A DNA stretch of 64,000 nt. Origin: Microcystaceae cyanobacterium. Its GTDB lineage: Bacteria; Cyanobacteriota; Cyanobacteriia; Cyanobacteriales; Microcystaceae. This document shows positions 1 through 12,322 of this stretch, piece by piece. Position 1 is the stretch's first letter. Each line of letters begins with the position of its first letter. Where the stretch lies: contig JBGTGT010000120.1 in the NCBI GenBank assembly GCA_041746575.1, positions 11,339 to 75,338 of the forward strand. The letters are read 5' to 3'. A program made the position numbers and the translations under genes. Under the pieces are notes generated by a model. It did no database searches and was not told where the DNA came from. It worked only from the letters and a program-made list of their open reading frames with translations.

Positions 1-2
1 CG

Positions 3-1973
3 GTTATCTTGCAGGAAGAAAAGAATTCCTTCTTCGCTCAAACCTTGCCACCTACTTCGGAAGTGCAGATTTCTCAACCGGAAATTATTATCCAAGAGCA
101 AATTGAACCCGCAACTCAAGACTACTTAACACCGCAAACCCCTTCAGCTCCGGTGTTGCCCAGAGCGATCGCTCCGCCTGTGGGTGATATGGCAGTTTCT
201 AATATTAACACGGCGGCCAGTCGCATTAGTTTAGGAACAAACTTGATTATTCCGCGTTTAGTGCTACAGGATGCTCCCGCCGGTAAAGTCTTAGAAGTCT
301 TAGCTGAATATGCCGGTTTAAACTTAATCTATAATGTCTCTGCGGCAGTACCCCTACAAGGAGAAGCCCCGGCCGAAGGAGGGGGAGGAGGGGAAGCCAC
401 TGTTACCCTCAATTTTACGAATGAATCCCTTGAAAACGTCTTTAATACGGTGCTAACCGTCTCAGGATTAAAAGCTAACCGTCAAGGACGCACGATCTAT
501 GTGGGGGCCAATTTACCGACGGAAGCATTGAATCTCATCAGTCGCACCCTGCGCCTCAATCAGGTGAAGTCTTTTAATGCAGGTACCTTTCTGGCATCCC
601 AAGGGGCAGAGTTTCAACGTTTAGTGACGGTAACAGAAGATATTACCGATCCGCTAACGGGGCGAGTAATTGGACGACGGGACGTACCTGCTAACTTGGA
701 AGCGATCACTCCGGCTGTTGAGGGGGCAACAGGCGCGCCTCTTCTTTTAACGGGGTTGAGGGTATCGGCGGATGACCGTTTAAATGCGATTACCTTAGTC
801 GGAGAACCCCGTCAGGTGGAAGTTGCCACATCTTTGCTGACTCAATTAGATGCCCGTCGTCGTCAGGTGGCGATCAATGTGAAGGTGGTGGACGTTAACT
901 TAAACAATGTGCAGGATTTTGACGCCAGTTTCTCTTTTGGAATTAATGATAGTTTCTTTATCCAAGATAATGGGGCGGCAACAATCCGTTTTGGTAGTAG
1001 TAATCCGGCTGGTCGAAACACAATCGATTTCTTGAATCCGACTGGACAAATCACAAATCCACCCACCATTCCTAATCCGTTTGCTAATGGTCAGATTTTA
1101 TTGGACACTAACGGATTACAGGTGTTACCAACAACCGGACAGCCGGACTTTAATCCTTTTGCTTTCCAACAAAACAATTTGCCCGGTCTTTATTACCCCG
1201 GTCAAGTCGGCATTACCTCAGACCCCTCATTTGCAGGAATTGCTGAATTTGAGCAAACAATTACCAGAGATCCTGCCACAGGAATATCAACTATTGTTAA
1301 CACCGTTACGAGAGGCATTCCTTCCTATTTCCAATATCCTCAGCAATTCCTTGCTCTGATTAATGCTCAGATTCAAAGCAATAATGCTAAGGTGTTGACC
1401 GACCCTACCTTAGTGGTGCAAGAAGGCCAAGAAGCCACCGTTAAACTAACACAGAAAGTGGTCGAAAGCGTTCAAACTTCAGTTGACCCGTTAAGTGGCA
1501 CGCGAACAATCACCCCCGTCTTAGCCGATGCGGGTTTAACCCTCGTGGTCAACTTGGATAAGGTGGATGATAATGGCTTTGTCAATCTGTCAGTCAGTCC
1601 AACTATTGCCGCCCCTGGTGGCTTTGAATTTTTTGATAGTGGGGATGGTGCCGTTAACCGCTTAACTTTACTGAACCGACGGGAATTAACATCAGGTCTA
1701 GTGCGGCTGCGGGATGGGCAAACCTTAATTCTGTCGGGTGTTATTCAAGAAACCGATCAAACGATAACTCGAAAAGTTCCAATTTTAGGGGATATTCCAA
1801 TTCTAGGGGCTTTATTCAGAAGCAGTTCAGACAGTACTCAGCGAACTGAGGTGATTATCGTAATTACCCCCCAAATTATGGATGATAACGGGCAGTTCGG
1901 TTATAATTACGCCCCCGGACGGGAAGCGGCGGATGTCTTGAGACAGAGAGGTTTCCAAATTCCCAGCCAATAA
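3..1973 (+). CDS. pilQ: Type IV pilus secretin PilQ, 5' partial
   Basis: Secretin C-terminal motifs (VRLRDGQTLILSGVI, KVPILGDIPILGALFRS, EVIIVITPQI); the frame is open to the window edge. Confidence 0.85.
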   Translation, partial: VILQEEKNSFFAQTLPPTSEVQISQPEIIIQEQIEPATQDYLTPQTPSAPVLPRAIAPPVGDMAVSNINTAASRISLGTNLIIPRLVLQDAPAGKVLEVLAEYAGLNLIYNVSAAVPLQGEAPAEGGGGGEATVTLNFTNESLENVFNTVLTVSGLKANRQGRTIYVGANLPTEALNLISRTLRLNQVKSFNAGTFLASQGAEFQRLVTVTEDITDPLTGRVIGRRDVPANLEAITPAVEGATGAPLLLTGLRVSADDRLNAITLVGEPRQVEVATSLLTQLDARRRQVAINVKVVDVNLNNVQDFDASFSFGINDSFFIQDNGAATIRFGSSNPAGRNTIDFLNPTGQITNPPTIPNPFANGQILLDTNGLQVLPTTGQPDFNPFAFQQNNLPGLYYPGQVGITSDPSFAGIAEFEQTITRDPATGISTIVNTVTRGIPSYFQYPQQFLALINAQIQSNNAKVLTDPTLVVQEGQEATVKLTQKVVESVQTSVDPLSGTRTITPVLADAGLTLVVNLDKVDDNGFVNLSVSPTIAAPGGFEFFDSGDGAVNRLTLLNRRELTSGLVRLRDGQTLILSGVIQETDQTITRKVPILGDIPILGALFRSSSDSTQRTEVIIVITPQIMDDNGQFGYNYAPGREAADVLRQRGFQIPSQ

Positions 1974-2012
1974 GTTGCGTTTTTGCTTTCAGCCTGAAAC
2001 TATCCTAATGTG

Positions 2013-2035
2013 GCCTCCCTTGGGAGGCTCTTTTT
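2013..2035 (+). terminator. Intrinsic terminator between convergent pilQ and infB
   Basis: GCCTCCC-TT-GGGAGGC hairpin followed by TCTTTTT. Confidence 0.65.
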
Positions 2036-2054
2036 ATTAGGACAAATGGCTAGA

Positions 2055-5027
2055 TTACTTCCCTGCCAATGTCCGACGCTTCATGACCATTTCGTAGGCT
2101 TCAATCACGTCGCTTTCTTGCCAATCCGTAAATTTAGACGACCCGATGCCGCATTCATAACCCGCATTGACTTCTCGGGCATCTTCTTTCATCCGTTTCA
2201 AAGAATCGATCACCCCTTCAAAAATGACCTCTCCCTTGCGACGAACTCGCATCAGACGGTTCCGAATAATTTTACCGGATTGGACGTAACAGCCGGCTAC
2301 TGTACCGCGACCGACAGGGAAGACAGCCCGTACCTCTGCTTGACCAAGGGATGATTCTACTTCTTCGGGATCGAGAAGTCCTTCCATTGCCCCTTGAATA
2401 TCATCCAATAATTTGTAAATGACATCATATTCTCGAATATCAACCCCTTCTCGGTCAGCCGCCGCCCTGGCACCACTAGCGAGAGTCGTACTAAAACCAA
2501 TCACCACCGCACCACTCGCTGAGGCCAAATCTACATCGGTTTCAGTGATTTCACCGGGGGCGGCCAAGAGGATGCGAATTTGAACTTCTTCTTGGGGGAG
2601 TTGTTCTAAAGAACCGATAATGGCTTCGACAGAGCCTTGAACATCGGCTTTAAGGATGAGGTTTAATTCCTTGAGTTCTCCTTCCTGTGCTTGGGCAGAG
2701 AGGGTACTGAGGCTGATACGTCGCCCTGACATGGCTTTTTGGAGGCGACTTTCTCGATCAGCAATGGATCGTTGGTCTGCGATCGCTTTGGCTTCTTTTT
2801 CTAGACTGAAGACCTCAAACTCATCCCCCGCCGCCGGAACTTCGCTTAAGCCCAATACTTCTACCGCAAAAGACGGACTAGCCGCTTCCACTTTTTCTCC
2901 TCGGTCGTCAATCATGGCGCGGATTTTACCCATAACGGCTCCGGCTACAATAATGTCTCCGACCATTAGAGTGCCATTTTGTACGAGTAAGGTGGCCACC
3001 GGACCTCTGGCGCGATCCAAGTGGGCTTCAATCACTGTCCCCCGAGCCAAACGATCTGGGTTGGCTGAGAGTTCTTCAATATCGGATACCAGCAGGATCA
3101 TTTCCAGTAAATTGTCGAGATTGTCTCCTTTTAAGGCACTGACTGGCACCATAATCGTTTCTCCGCCCCATTCTTCTGGCACTAACCCCAATTCTGATAA
3201 TTCCTGCTTAATGCGATCGGGGTTAGATTCATGTTTGTCCACTTTATTGATGGCAACAATGAGGGGAACTTCCGCCGCTCGGGCGTGACTGATGGCTTCT
3301 CGGGTTTGGGGCTGTACTCCATCGTCAGCAGCGACGACAAGAATGGCAATATCGGTCACCTTTGCTCCTCTAGCCCGCATAGCCGTAAAAGCTTCGTGAC
3401 CGGGGGTATCGAGAAAGACGATCTGTTGAGATTCGCCATTGTGATCAGTATCCACATGATACGCCCCAATGTGTTGGGTAATTCCTCCAGCTTCCCCTTG
3501 GGCAACTTTGGTTTTGCGAATGGAGTCTAGAAGGGTAGTTTTGCCGTGATCGACGTGACCCATAATCGTCACCACGGGGGGACGGCGTTGAAGATGATCG
3601 AGGTCTTCCACATCGAGCATTTCAGTGCTTTTAGTAGCGGCAGCCTTTTCTTCTGGACTTTCCACTGCAATTTCAAAGTCTTCTGCTACCTGTTGGGCAA
3701 TTTCGAGCTCTAGCGTCTGGGTAATATTGACGGCAATGCCTTTAAAAAATAGGTTCTTAATAATGTCGGTTTCAGGAACTTGAATCAAATCGGCTAATTC
3801 CCGAATAGTTAAGTTGCCTTGAATGATGATGCTCTCGGGGCGAACCCGCTCTTTGCGTTCTCGACGCTCGGATCGCTGACGACGGTCAACTTGTGTCGCT
3901 TTGACAGGAGCTTTTTTCGGTTTATTGGTGGGAGCTGGGGGTTTATTGCCTGATTTGGGTTTAGGAGGACGAGCCGTTGACAGGCTAAAGGAGTTTGTCG
4001 CCTCATTATCCGACAAATCGTCTTCAAAGTCGTCATCATCGTCAATGATCGGTTTAAGGCGTTTATTTTTGCTCCCAATTTTGCTTTTAACTTCTTGGTC
4101 GTCATCCTCTTCCCATCCTGCTCCCTTGGTAGGACTCGGAAGGGTAGGTCGTTTCAGTTTTTGCTTCGATTTTGCTTTTTTGTGGCTGGGGGGTAATTCA
4201 GTATCAATCGTGTCTTCTTGATCTTCATTTTCTGCAGGTTCAGCGACGGTAGCGTCCTGAGTTGGGGATTTCGCAAGAGCAGGAATCTCTTTCTGGGGCG
4301 GTTGAGGTCGTTTAAGTTCGACTTCAGCGGCAATTGGTTTAATTTTCTGGGGTTTTTTCTGGCGGTTATCTTGATCTTCGCCTGTTTCTTCCTGTGTTTC
4401 TTTTCTCGCTTTCTTGGGTAGCGGTTTAAGCTCAGAAATCTCTTTCTCTTTATCCTTAGGTTCAATCCCAGATGAACCGGTCTGAACAGAAGGCTTACTG
4501 AGAGGATCTGAGGCAGATTTACTAGTTAAACGGCTAGGGGGTTCTAATAATTCCGATTTTTTCGGCTTATCTTCCCTTGCATTTTCTTTTGTTTTTGAGG
4601 AAGGTGCCGTTAGGGGTAGGGCATCCGGAGATGTGCTTTCCGTTGCGGAGGCGGGGCGTTGAGGCTTGTCTAGAGTGGGTTGAACAGAGAGAGAAGAGGG
4701 AGACACCAAAGTGGGTTTCGGTTGTAGAGGTTTAGTTGGAGAAGGAAGGTCGGCGGATTTTGCGGTTTCGGCGGAGCGAGGTTGTTTGTGATGAACAGCT
4801 AAAATTTGCTGTTTTCCTCTATCTTGAGCAGATTCAGCCACACCTTTATGAATGGCGCCACCATGTTTTTCGGCAGTTGATTTAATGCGCACAGCTTCGT
4901 CTTCGGTAATCGTGCTACTATGGCTTTTGACAGGAATATTGAGATATTCGCAAATTTCAATAATTTCCCTGTTTTCCAAATTTAATTCTTTTGATAAATC
5001 GTAAATTCTGACTTTGGCGTTGTTCAT
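2055..5027 (-). CDS. infB: Translation initiation factor IF-2
   Basis: [17 protein letters not shown] and INKVD GTPase motifs; IF2 N-terminal RIYDLSKEL; rimP-nusA operon context. Confidence 0.98.
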   Translation of the reverse strand: MNNAKVRIYDLSKELNLENREIIEICEYLNIPVKSHSSTITEDEAVRIKSTAEKHGGAIHKGVAESAQDRGKQQILAVHHKQPRSAETAKSADLPSPTKPLQPKPTLVSPSSLSVQPTLDKPQRPASATESTSPDALPLTAPSSKTKENAREDKPKKSELLEPPSRLTSKSASDPLSKPSVQTGSSGIEPKDKEKEISELKPLPKKARKETQEETGEDQDNRQKKPQKIKPIAAEVELKRPQPPQKEIPALAKSPTQDATVAEPAENEDQEDTIDTELPPSHKKAKSKQKLKRPTLPSPTKGAGWEEDDDQEVKSKIGSKNKRLKPIIDDDDDFEDDLSDNEATNSFSLSTARPPKPKSGNKPPAPTNKPKKAPVKATQVDRRQRSERRERKERVRPESIIIQGNLTIRELADLIQVPETDIIKNLFFKGIAVNITQTLELEIAQQVAEDFEIAVESPEEKAAATKSTEMLDVEDLDHLQRRPPVVTIMGHVDHGKTTLLDSIRKTKVAQGEAGGITQHIGAYHVDTDHNGESQQIVFLDTPGHEAFTAMRARGAKVTDIAILVVAADDGVQPQTREAISHARAAEVPLIVAINKVDKHESNPDRIKQELSELGLVPEEWGGETIMVPVSALKGDNLDNLLEMILLVSDIEELSANPDRLARGTVIEAHLDRARGPVATLLVQNGTLMVGDIIVAGAVMGKIRAMIDDRGEKVEAASPSFAVEVLGLSEVPAAGDEFEVFSLEKEAKAIADQRSIADRESRLQKAMSGRRISLSTLSAQAQEGELKELNLILKADVQGSVEAIIGSLEQLPQEEVQIRILLAAPGEITETDVDLASASGAVVIGFSTTLASGARAAADREGVDIREYDVIYKLLDDIQGAMEGLLDPEEVESSLGQAEVRAVFPVGRGTVAGCYVQSGKIIRNRLMRVRRKGEVIFEGVIDSLKRMKEDAREVNAGYECGIGSSKFTDWQESDVIEAYEMVMKRRTLAGK

Positions 5028-5112
5028 CCACTATCCTCTTGACTAGACTCCGAGTAAATTTAATAAAACGGTTAAAGGTTAATTGTTTGGCTCATGATCT
5101 TGAATCCTGTTT

Positions 5113-5394
5113 TTATGGTAGCGATCTTTTATTTAATATGGGATGGTCTGAATTCAATGCCTCCTCTAGGCTTTGATAAATATCGTCGGGAATGGCGGTT
5201 TTTAAAGCCCTTCCTAGTCGCTTTTTCTGACGAGCAATCTGAAGACAACTGACTTGAGGGCAGAGATAAGCGGATCGTCCCATTCCTTTATTTAATTGTA
5301 CCTGCCCTGATGGATAGACTCTGACAATTCGCCAAAATTTCTCCTTGGGGGCGATTTGATGACAACTGATACAGCGTCGATTATTGGGTTTCAT
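5113..5394 (-). CDS. ylxR: YlxR/DUF448 family RNA-binding protein
   Basis: RRCISC and GRSAYLC motifs; lies between nusA and infB; ATG at 5394 chosen. Confidence 0.9.
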   Translation of the reverse strand: MKPNNRRCISCHQIAPKEKFWRIVRVYPSGQVQLNKGMGRSAYLCPQVSCLQIARQKKRLGRALKTAIPDDIYQSLEEALNSDHPILNKRSLP

Positions 5395-5512
5395 GAGACG
5401 ACTGGCAGAATCGAATTGGGCTAGGCTTGGGATATTCAAGTTAAGTCGGCTCTCTCGATCATTTTATTCGGTCTTTTTCTATTATTTCTGATCTGGGCAA
5501 TGATACAAGGGG

Positions 5513-6700
5513 TCAGGTATCTAATTCGTCGGCGATCGCTTCAAGGGGAGGATTGGCTTTTTCTGCTTTATAGAGAACAATATCTTTAATATCAATCTTC
5601 CAGCCTGTTAAACGGGCGGCGAGGCGGACATTTTGCCCTTCTTTACCGATGGCTAAACTCAGTTGGTCTTCAGCGACTAAAACGAGGGCGTGGCGTTCTT
5701 CTGCATTAATTAAGATCACCTCATCTACTCTAGCAGGACTTAAGGCATTGGCGATGTAGGTGGCAGGATCGGGTGACCAACGAATCACATCAATTTTTTC
5801 GCCTCGCAATTCATTGACAACCGCTTGAATCCGTGATCCTCTTGCGCCAATACAAGCTCCCACAGGGTCAACTTCTCGTTCGATGGTATCAACAGCGATT
5901 TTGGTACGGGGGCCGACGTGGCGGGAAGGAGGGTTGGCTTCCCGTGATACAGCAACAATTCGCACAATTTCTTCGTCGATTTCGGGAACTTCCACGGTAA
6001 AGAGTTCTACCACCAGTCCCGCGGCGGCGCGGGAAATGAGCAGTTGGGGGCCCCGTTGCGATCCTTCTCGCACTTTTTTAAGATATACCTTGAAGGTAGC
6101 ATTGGCGCGGTAATTGTCGTTGGGCAGTTGCTCGCGTTTGGGGAGTTCGGCTTCGACTTCGGGTTGACCGTAAGCACTTTGGACGGACATGATAATATTT
6201 TGTCGTTCAAAGCGTAAGACTCTGGCGTTGAGAACAGTCCCTTCGATGTCGTTAAATTCTTCTTGAATCAGTTTGCGTTGTTGATCTCGTAACTTTTGCA
6301 AGAGGACTTGTTTGGTTTGAATAGCGGCCATGCGGCCAAATTCTTTTTGGTTGGGGGTGACATCTAGCACCACTTCATCCCCTAATTCGGCTTCTGCGGC
6401 GACAGTTTGCACTTCTAAGAGGGAAATCTGATGATCGCTATTGTCCACTTCTTCAACGATCCGTTTGGTGGAGAGGACGCGAAATCCTTCTTCGTCTGTA
6501 TCGAGTTCGACTTCAAAATTCTCAAAGTAGTCGTCATGAAATTGGGTGGAATCAGCAATATTCTGCGATCGCCGATAGCGTTCATAGCCTTTTAAGAGGG
6601 CTTCTCTGAGGGCTTGCTGGACGGCCGACAAAGGTAAGCTATGGCGTTGACTAATTTCCTTAATCATGTCTTTTAAACCGGGCAAATTGACCAAAGACAT
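5513..6700 (-). CDS. nusA: Transcription termination/antitermination factor NusA
   Basis: [51 protein letters not shown]. Confidence 0.98.
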   Translation of the reverse strand: MSLVNLPGLKDMIKEISQRHSLPLSAVQQALREALLKGYERYRRSQNIADSTQFHDDYFENFEVELDTDEEGFRVLSTKRIVEEVDNSDHQISLLEVQTVAAEAELGDEVVLDVTPNQKEFGRMAAIQTKQVLLQKLRDQQRKLIQEEFNDIEGTVLNARVLRFERQNIIMSVQSAYGQPEVEAELPKREQLPNDNYRANATFKVYLKKVREGSQRGPQLLISRAAAGLVVELFTVEVPEIDEEIVRIVAVSREANPPSRHVGPRTKIAVDTIEREVDPVGACIGARGSRIQAVVNELRGEKIDVIRWSPDPATYIANALSPARVDEVILINAEERHALVLVAEDQLSLAIGKEGQNVRLAARLTGWKIDIKDIVLYKAEKANPPLEAIADELDT

Positions 6701-6733
6701 CAGATAATTTCCTCCAAATAATAAAGCGAGTTT

Positions 6734-7189
6734 TTAACCCCCTAATTGAATATGGGCGACTAATTCACGAGGAATCGCAATTGTTCGTCCTTTTTGATTG
6801 AGATAAATGGCTTTTTCATCCCTCCTTTGTAATTTTCCTTGCCATTCTTTATGATTTTGATAAGGAGCGTAGGTTTTAACAATGACCTCAAAGCCTTTAA
6901 AAACGATAAATTCGCGATCGCTGGTTAATTGTCGAGCCACTCCAGGACTGGATATTTCCAATACATACGATCCCGGAATTAAGTCCTGTTGATCAAGGGC
7001 TTCTTCTAGGGCGTAACTCATCCGTTCGCAGTCATCAAGGCCGGTATCATGATTAAGATTACGGACATCAACTCTCAAGGTCGGCGGCGATTTATCGGTA
7101 TGAAAAATGGCTTCCACGACTTCTAAACCAAGACTTTTAGCAACGGGAGTAGCAATCTCAATGATTTGGGGGATGAGTGGGTGAGTCAT
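6734..7189 (-). CDS. rimP: Ribosome maturation factor RimP
   Basis: LDDCE and YVLEISSPG motifs; first gene of the nusA-infB operon. Confidence 0.95.
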   Translation of the reverse strand: MTHPLIPQIIEIATPVAKSLGLEVVEAIFHTDKSPPTLRVDVRNLNHDTGLDDCERMSYALEEALDQQDLIPGSYVLEISSPGVARQLTSDREFIVFKGFEVIVKTYAPYQNHKEWQGKLQRRDEKAIYLNQKGRTIAIPRELVAHIQLGG

Positions 7190-7203
7190 GGCGTTTATCC
7201 ATT

Positions 7204-7232
7204 AAAAAAAGCGGGCTTGACCCCACTTCTTT
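7204..7232 (-). promoter_or_regulatory. rimP leader terminator-like hairpin
   Basis: Minus strand AAGAAGTGGG-GTCAAG-CCCGCTTTTTTT immediately upstream of the rimP start, matching the known rimP-leader pattern. Confidence 0.7.
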
Positions 7233-7400
7233 GTAGCTGATGCGCAATTTGGGTGGACTGAATGAGTGATCGGTTAACGCATTCATTCTCTTAGTTTATC
7301 ACACCTGAGCAAGCAAACGGTATTAACCCCGTAAACAATGTAAAGCAGGGTGTTCACTTCAAGGACAAAGATAGCGATCGTCCTCCCGTTTAGAATAACT

Positions 7401-7868
7401 TTAAGCTTCCTTCGCCTTCAATAAGTCAAATTCTTGTAAGGCAGGATAAAAATTCATATTTTCATGATTAGAACGACTTAATTTAATTAAAGCAAATCGT
7501 TGGAGAGGGGTTAAGTTTTGCCATTGTTCAAGGGTCAATTGAAGATTAAATTCAGAAGCTTTTAATTGGACTTCTTCAGGAATTTCTTTAATTTTCAACC
7601 AAGCAGGATTGTCTTCAATTTCTAATTCCTTGGCCGGTTTACCTGTTTTTTCAGTGATTAATTGTTGTAAAAAGTCTCGATAAATTCGACTTTCTGCTAC
7701 CGTCTGACAAGCCATATTGACTAAAACGTTGCGCTCTTTTTGAGTAAGTTGATGCCAATGGGATAATTTTAACTTTACGCCACAAGTATCTAATTTGAGT
7801 CTTACTTGCATGGGAATGCACCGCAAGGAATCCACAAAATCTGCTTCAAATTGAAAGAAATCAGACAT
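7401..7868 (-). CDS. narM: Nitrate reductase associated protein
   Basis: FFQFEADFVDSLRCIPMQVRLKLDTCGVKLKL signature; directly downstream of narB. Confidence 0.85.
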   Translation of the reverse strand: MSDFFQFEADFVDSLRCIPMQVRLKLDTCGVKLKLSHWHQLTQKERNVLVNMACQTVAESRIYRDFLQQLITEKTGKPAKELEIEDNPAWLKIKEIPEEVQLKASEFNLQLTLEQWQNLTPLQRFALIKLSRSNHENMNFYPALQEFDLLKAKEA

Positions 7869-7954
7869 AAAAAGTAATCAAAGAATATGAAAAGAGAGGG
7901 TAGGAACGCAAGTTTGCGCCCAAAAATAGAGATTTAAAACTCGATACTTAATAT

Positions 7955-10216
7955 TTAACGGCCAATACTCACTAATTGATTGTTGCTCTCTTTCATCATA
8001 GCTTGATTGTTACCGAGAATGGGAATCAATTGCACGGCACAGGCTTTTAATTCAGGTTCAAGGGAAATAGGACAAGCTTCGGGATGGGTTAAGGCATTCG
8101 CTTCGGCATCGTCCGCCCATAATGCCCCCCAGTGCATCGGCACAAAAACTGTTCCTTTAATGATCGCAGTGGTGATTTTCACAGGGAACTTTGCTTTTCC
8201 ACGGCGGGATAACACTTCTACTTGATTTCCGGTTTCCAATCCTAATTTATCTGCATCATAGGGATGAATTTCAAGAAAAGGATAGGGGTGCATTTTTTGA
8301 ATTTTGGGAATACGCCCAGTGCGAGTTTGGGTGTGCCAGTGACCATAAAGACGACCAGTGGTTAAAACGAAAGGATAATCTGGGTCAACGGGTTCTGCCA
8401 GTCCTTTTGAATGAAAAGCGGCAAATTTTGCCCGTCCATCGGGGGTATTAAACGTTAAATCTTCGTAGAGTCGTTTTCCTGTTAATTTTCGGTCTTTGTT
8501 GCCAAAAAATCGCTGTAAAATACCTTTTTCAGGGTCTTCTTTCCATTCTCCTTCTCCTTCTTCTTGAGGACAAGGCCATTGAATGGGCCCCTCTTCCTGT
8601 AAGCGTTGATAGGTAATTCCTGTCATCTCACAGGGACGATTTCGGGTAAATCGAACAAATTCTCGATGAACTTCCGAGGAATCAGCAAAATTAAACTGTT
8701 CTGTGAAGCCCAATCGCCGCCCGACTTCGGCAAAGATTTCCCAGTCTGCTTTAGCTTCCCCCTGAGGCGTCCGAAATTGTGGACATAGGGTGACGACCCG
8801 TTCAGAATTGGTCATTGTTCCTGTTTTTTCGCTCCATTGAGCCGCAGGAAGTAATAAATGGGCATAAGCTGTGGTTTCTGTGGGATGATAAGCGTCTTGA
8901 TAAATCGTAAAGGGGGATTTAAGTAAGGCTGCTTTCGTTCGTGTCAAATCAGGCATACTGACTGCCGGATTGGTGGCGGCTATCCACAATAACCCGACTT
9001 CCCCATTTTCTAATCCGGTAATCATGCGCCATCCGTCAAAACCGGGTTCTGGCTTAATACTTCCTTCGGGTAATCCCCATAATTGTTCGACTTCTGCTCG
9101 ATGTTGCGGATTTTTCACGGTACGGTATCCCGGTAGCAGATGACTCAATCCCCCAGCTTCCCGTCCACCCATGGCGTTAGGTTGCCCAGTGAGCGAAAAA
9201 GGGCCTGCCCCCGGTTGACCAATCTGAGCCGTCATTAGGTGTAAGTTGATAATGGTGCGGACTTTGGCGGTGCCTTCAGAAGATTGATTGATGCCCATTG
9301 ACCATAAAGACAAGACACGTTCTGAATCTGCCCAAAAACGAGCGGCCGCTTCGATTTCCTCGACTTCAATGCCACAAAGATCCGCCGCGACTTCAGGGGG
9401 ATAATGTTGAATAACTTCAGCATAGTCTGAAAAACCTTGGGTACATTCATCGAGAAAATAAGTGTCGATTGCCCCCCATTTCAGCAATAAATGGGCAATT
9501 CCGTTGAGCAAGTCAATATCGGTACCGGGTTTAATCGCTAAATGAAGATCAGCCGCTTCTGCCGTTTTGGTGTGGCGAGGGTCAACGACAATGAGCTTAG
9601 CTTGCTTATTTTTCTTAAGATGTTGCTGTAAACGGTTAAAGACGATGGGATGGCACTCGGCGGTGTTTGTTCCAATGAGGAAAGCGCAATCGGTTAATTC
9701 CAAATCTTCATAGCAACAGGGAGGGCCATCTGATCCTAAGCTTTGAATATAGCCCGCAACGGCGGAAGACATACATAAACGGGAATTTGCGTCGAAATTG
9801 TTCGTCCCTAGACAACCTTTTAACAATTTTTGGGCAATATAGTAATCCTCGGTTTGAAATTGTCCTGAACCGTAGAGACAAATTCCTTCTACCCCTTGGC
9901 TTCGTCTGACGCTTTGAATCCGTTGCACAATGGCATTGAAAGCCGCTTCCCAACTGATGCGATGGAAGGGTTCTGATAAAGACTCTCGAAGCATGGGGTA
10001 TTTCAGACGATCTTGGTCTAGCGATTCGGTTATCGTTGCCCCCTTAACACAGATTTTACCTAAACTTGAGGGATGATTGCGATCGCCCATCACTTTCCAG
10101 ATGGGTTTACCTTCACTATCTCGGTGGGTTGCCCGTCCAGCGGCCGCCGGGGGGGTGACTTCGAGTCCACAACCTACACCACAATAGGGGCAGAGGGTTT
10201 TGATGCAATCCGTCAT
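7955..10216 (-). CDS. narB: Ferredoxin-nitrate reductase (Mo-bisPGD)
   Basis: CPYCGVGCG 4Fe-4S motif, [19 protein letters not shown], molybdopterin C-terminal domain. Confidence 0.95.
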   Translation of the reverse strand: MTDCIKTLCPYCGVGCGLEVTPPAAAGRATHRDSEGKPIWKVMGDRNHPSSLGKICVKGATITESLDQDRLKYPMLRESLSEPFHRISWEAAFNAIVQRIQSVRRSQGVEGICLYGSGQFQTEDYYIAQKLLKGCLGTNNFDANSRLCMSSAVAGYIQSLGSDGPPCCYEDLELTDCAFLIGTNTAECHPIVFNRLQQHLKKNKQAKLIVVDPRHTKTAEAADLHLAIKPGTDIDLLNGIAHLLLKWGAIDTYFLDECTQGFSDYAEVIQHYPPEVAADLCGIEVEEIEAAARFWADSERVLSLWSMGINQSSEGTAKVRTIINLHLMTAQIGQPGAGPFSLTGQPNAMGGREAGGLSHLLPGYRTVKNPQHRAEVEQLWGLPEGSIKPEPGFDGWRMITGLENGEVGLLWIAATNPAVSMPDLTRTKAALLKSPFTIYQDAYHPTETTAYAHLLLPAAQWSEKTGTMTNSERVVTLCPQFRTPQGEAKADWEIFAEVGRRLGFTEQFNFADSSEVHREFVRFTRNRPCEMTGITYQRLQEEGPIQWPCPQEEGEGEWKEDPEKGILQRFFGNKDRKLTGKRLYEDLTFNTPDGRAKFAAFHSKGLAEPVDPDYPFVLTTGRLYGHWHTQTRTGRIPKIQKMHPYPFLEIHPYDADKLGLETGNQVEVLSRRGKAKFPVKITTAIIKGTVFVPMHWGALWADDAEANALTHPEACPISLEPELKACAVQLIPILGNNQAMMKESNNQLVSIGR

Positions 10217-10377
10217 AATAATTATCTAAATAAGCCGTTTTATCTTGTCTAAAATGATCATCTTCATATTTCTTCAAGTAAACTGTTGTTTTTTATACAT
10301 ATTTGCTTTAACTTTACGGTTAAAGGATGTTTATGATGCGGATTATGCAAGTTGGGAAGAGGGAAAAGGACGAAGGC

Positions 10378-10830
10378 TCAAGGATGAATATCGAACGCCT
10401 GCCGCTCAATCCGCTCAATCTCTTTAATTCGAGGTATTTCCGCTTCATCTACGGGAGTAGCGAACCAAGCGTCCAGTATTTCTTTGGCTATCTCTGGGGC
10501 AGTGGCACGGAGACTCATGACGAGAACATTTGCATCATTCCAACGACGCGCGCCTTGGGCGGTGAGGGCATCGAAACACAAAGCGGCACGAACCCCTTTG
10601 ACTTTATTGGCAACGATAGACGCCCCCGTTCCGGTATAACAGAATAAAACGCCATAATCAGCTCCGCCTTGGGCAACACTTCGAGCAAGCGATTCGGCGG
10701 CAAGTGTCCACGGCAAGGGATTTTGCTTGAGAATACCCAGTAAGATCACTTCATGATTACGCTGTTGTAATTCCTGAACAACATAATCGGTTAAATAAGT
10801 TTTTTCGTCACTGGCGACGGTAATTTTCAT
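10378..10830 (-). CDS. RpiB/LacA/LacB family sugar-phosphate isomerase
   Basis: GVLFCYTGTGASIVANKVKGVRAALC and ARRWNDANVL. Confidence 0.9.
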   Translation of the reverse strand: MKITVASDEKTYLTDYVVQELQQRNHEVILLGILKQNPLPWTLAAESLARSVAQGGADYGVLFCYTGTGASIVANKVKGVRAALCFDALTAQGARRWNDANVLVMSLRATAPEIAKEILDAWFATPVDEAEIPRIKEIERIERQAFDIHP

Positions 10831-10924
10831 GATTTTAGGGGGTGGATGTCAATAAACTTAATTTTGGATAAAATTTAAGGGGTATTTGACCCCGAATTCG
10901 AGATAGAAAAATGCTTAACCCCTT

Positions 10925-12256
10925 ATGCACTGGTCACAACTTTTAACGCCAAAACGATTAGGAAAACCCTATTTAGAGGATACCCAATTTGAGCGAACCC
11001 CTTCTTTGAAAGATTATGACCGTTTGGTTTATTCTGGGGCATTTCGTCGTTTAAAAGATAAAACGCAGGTTTTTCCCTTAGCAAAAACAGAAGAAATTCG
11101 CACGCGATTAGTGCATAGTCTGGAAGTTTCCTGTGTTGGGCGTTCCTTGGGACGTATTGTGGGAGATCAGGTGATTAAACGCCATCAGCTTGCGGAATAT
11201 ACCCCTGCCGATTTTGGAGAGATTCTTTCGGCGGCTTGTTTAGCGCATGATATTGGTAATCCGCCTTTTGGCCATTCGGGAGAAGATGCCATCCGAGTCA
11301 GCTTTGAAATGTGGTATCACCTACGTCATTCTCTAGGGCGATTGACGGCTCTAAATCAACAACAGAAACGAGATTTTGAATGGTTTGAGGGAAATGCTCA
11401 AGGATTTCGTGTCTTGACTCACTTGGAAATTCCCCATCGTTACGGCGGAATGCAATTAACGTGTCCGACATTAGCAGCATTTACTAAGTATCCGAGAGAA
11501 TCTTGGATTCCAGAGGAGATTTTGGGGCATTACCAAGGGAAAAGTGTCCAAAAGTTTGGCTTTTTTCAAGCAGAAAGTGAATTTTTTAGCGAAGTAGCAG
11601 AAACAGTGGGGTTGATTCGTCGTCATCCTGAGGTGGCATGGTGGGCGCGTCATCCCTTATCATTTCTGGTGGAAGCGGCAGATGATATTTGTTACTTGGT
11701 TATTGACCTTGAAGACGGGTTTCGGATGGGTTATATTCCCTTTGAAAAGGTGTGTGATTTATTAAATGCGATCGCCGATGTTTCTTTAGATACAAATTAT
11801 AGCAGTTCAGCAGAAATTATTCGACGTTTACGGGCAAAAGCGATTAATCAGTTAGTGTGGGAAACGGCGCAGATTTTTTTGGATTATGAATCAGCCATTT
11901 TAGCAGGAACGTTTGACGAAGATTTGCTGTCTCGGAGTCGTTTTTACCCTATTTTAACAACGATTAAACACCTCGAAGAAACCTTAATTTTCCAGAATCC
12001 TGAAGTGGCAGGCTTAAAAGTGGCAGGCTATGAAGTATTAGGGGGATTATTCACTGAATTTGTTGATGGCGTTATTCATAATACGAAGAAAGGGGAATTA
12101 TTACTTTACTTATTACCGCCAGAATATCGCCCTAATTCAGATGATGATCTTTACCAAAAGTTGCTGAAGATCACGGATTTTATTGCGGGAATGACAGATT
12201 TCCAAGCGACGAAAATTTTTCAACAACTTAGGGGAATTTCTCTCTTAAAAAACTAA
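10925..12256 (+). CDS. dgt: Deoxyguanosinetriphosphate triphosphohydrolase (HD family)
   Basis: FRRLKDKTQVF, RTRLVHSLEV, HDIGNPPFGHSGE, EAADDICY, DFIAGMTD. Confidence 0.92.
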   Translation: MHWSQLLTPKRLGKPYLEDTQFERTPSLKDYDRLVYSGAFRRLKDKTQVFPLAKTEEIRTRLVHSLEVSCVGRSLGRIVGDQVIKRHQLAEYTPADFGEILSAACLAHDIGNPPFGHSGEDAIRVSFEMWYHLRHSLGRLTALNQQQKRDFEWFEGNAQGFRVLTHLEIPHRYGGMQLTCPTLAAFTKYPRESWIPEEILGHYQGKSVQKFGFFQAESEFFSEVAETVGLIRRHPEVAWWARHPLSFLVEAADDICYLVIDLEDGFRMGYIPFEKVCDLLNAIADVSLDTNYSSSAEIIRRLRAKAINQLVWETAQIFLDYESAILAGTFDEDLLSRSRFYPILTTIKHLEETLIFQNPEVAGLKVAGYEVLGGLFTEFVDGVIHNTKKGELLLYLLPPEYRPNSDDDLYQKLLKITDFIAGMTDFQATKIFQQLRGISLLKN

Positions 12257-12288
12257 GATGGTAGGGTTTTAAAAACGTCCTACCATCT
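12256..12288. terminator. Hairpin between convergent dgt and aqpZ
   Basis: AGATGGTAGG ... CCTACCATCT 10-bp inverted repeat. Confidence 0.55.
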
Positions 12289-12322
12289 CGAAAAAAGAGG
12301 TATTTAAGTTTTAAAGGGATAC

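Noticed and set aside
2656..4465. Several long ORFs overlapping infB
   Set aside because: Antisense or alternate-frame shadows of a conserved gene, with no motifs or RBS; the same applies to similar short ORFs inside narB, nusA, glnA and others
10285..10298. NtcA-like GTA-N8-AAC upstream of narB
   Set aside because: Imperfect palindrome with no TAN3T at the canonical 22-nt spacing; plausible biologically but not supportable from sequence alone
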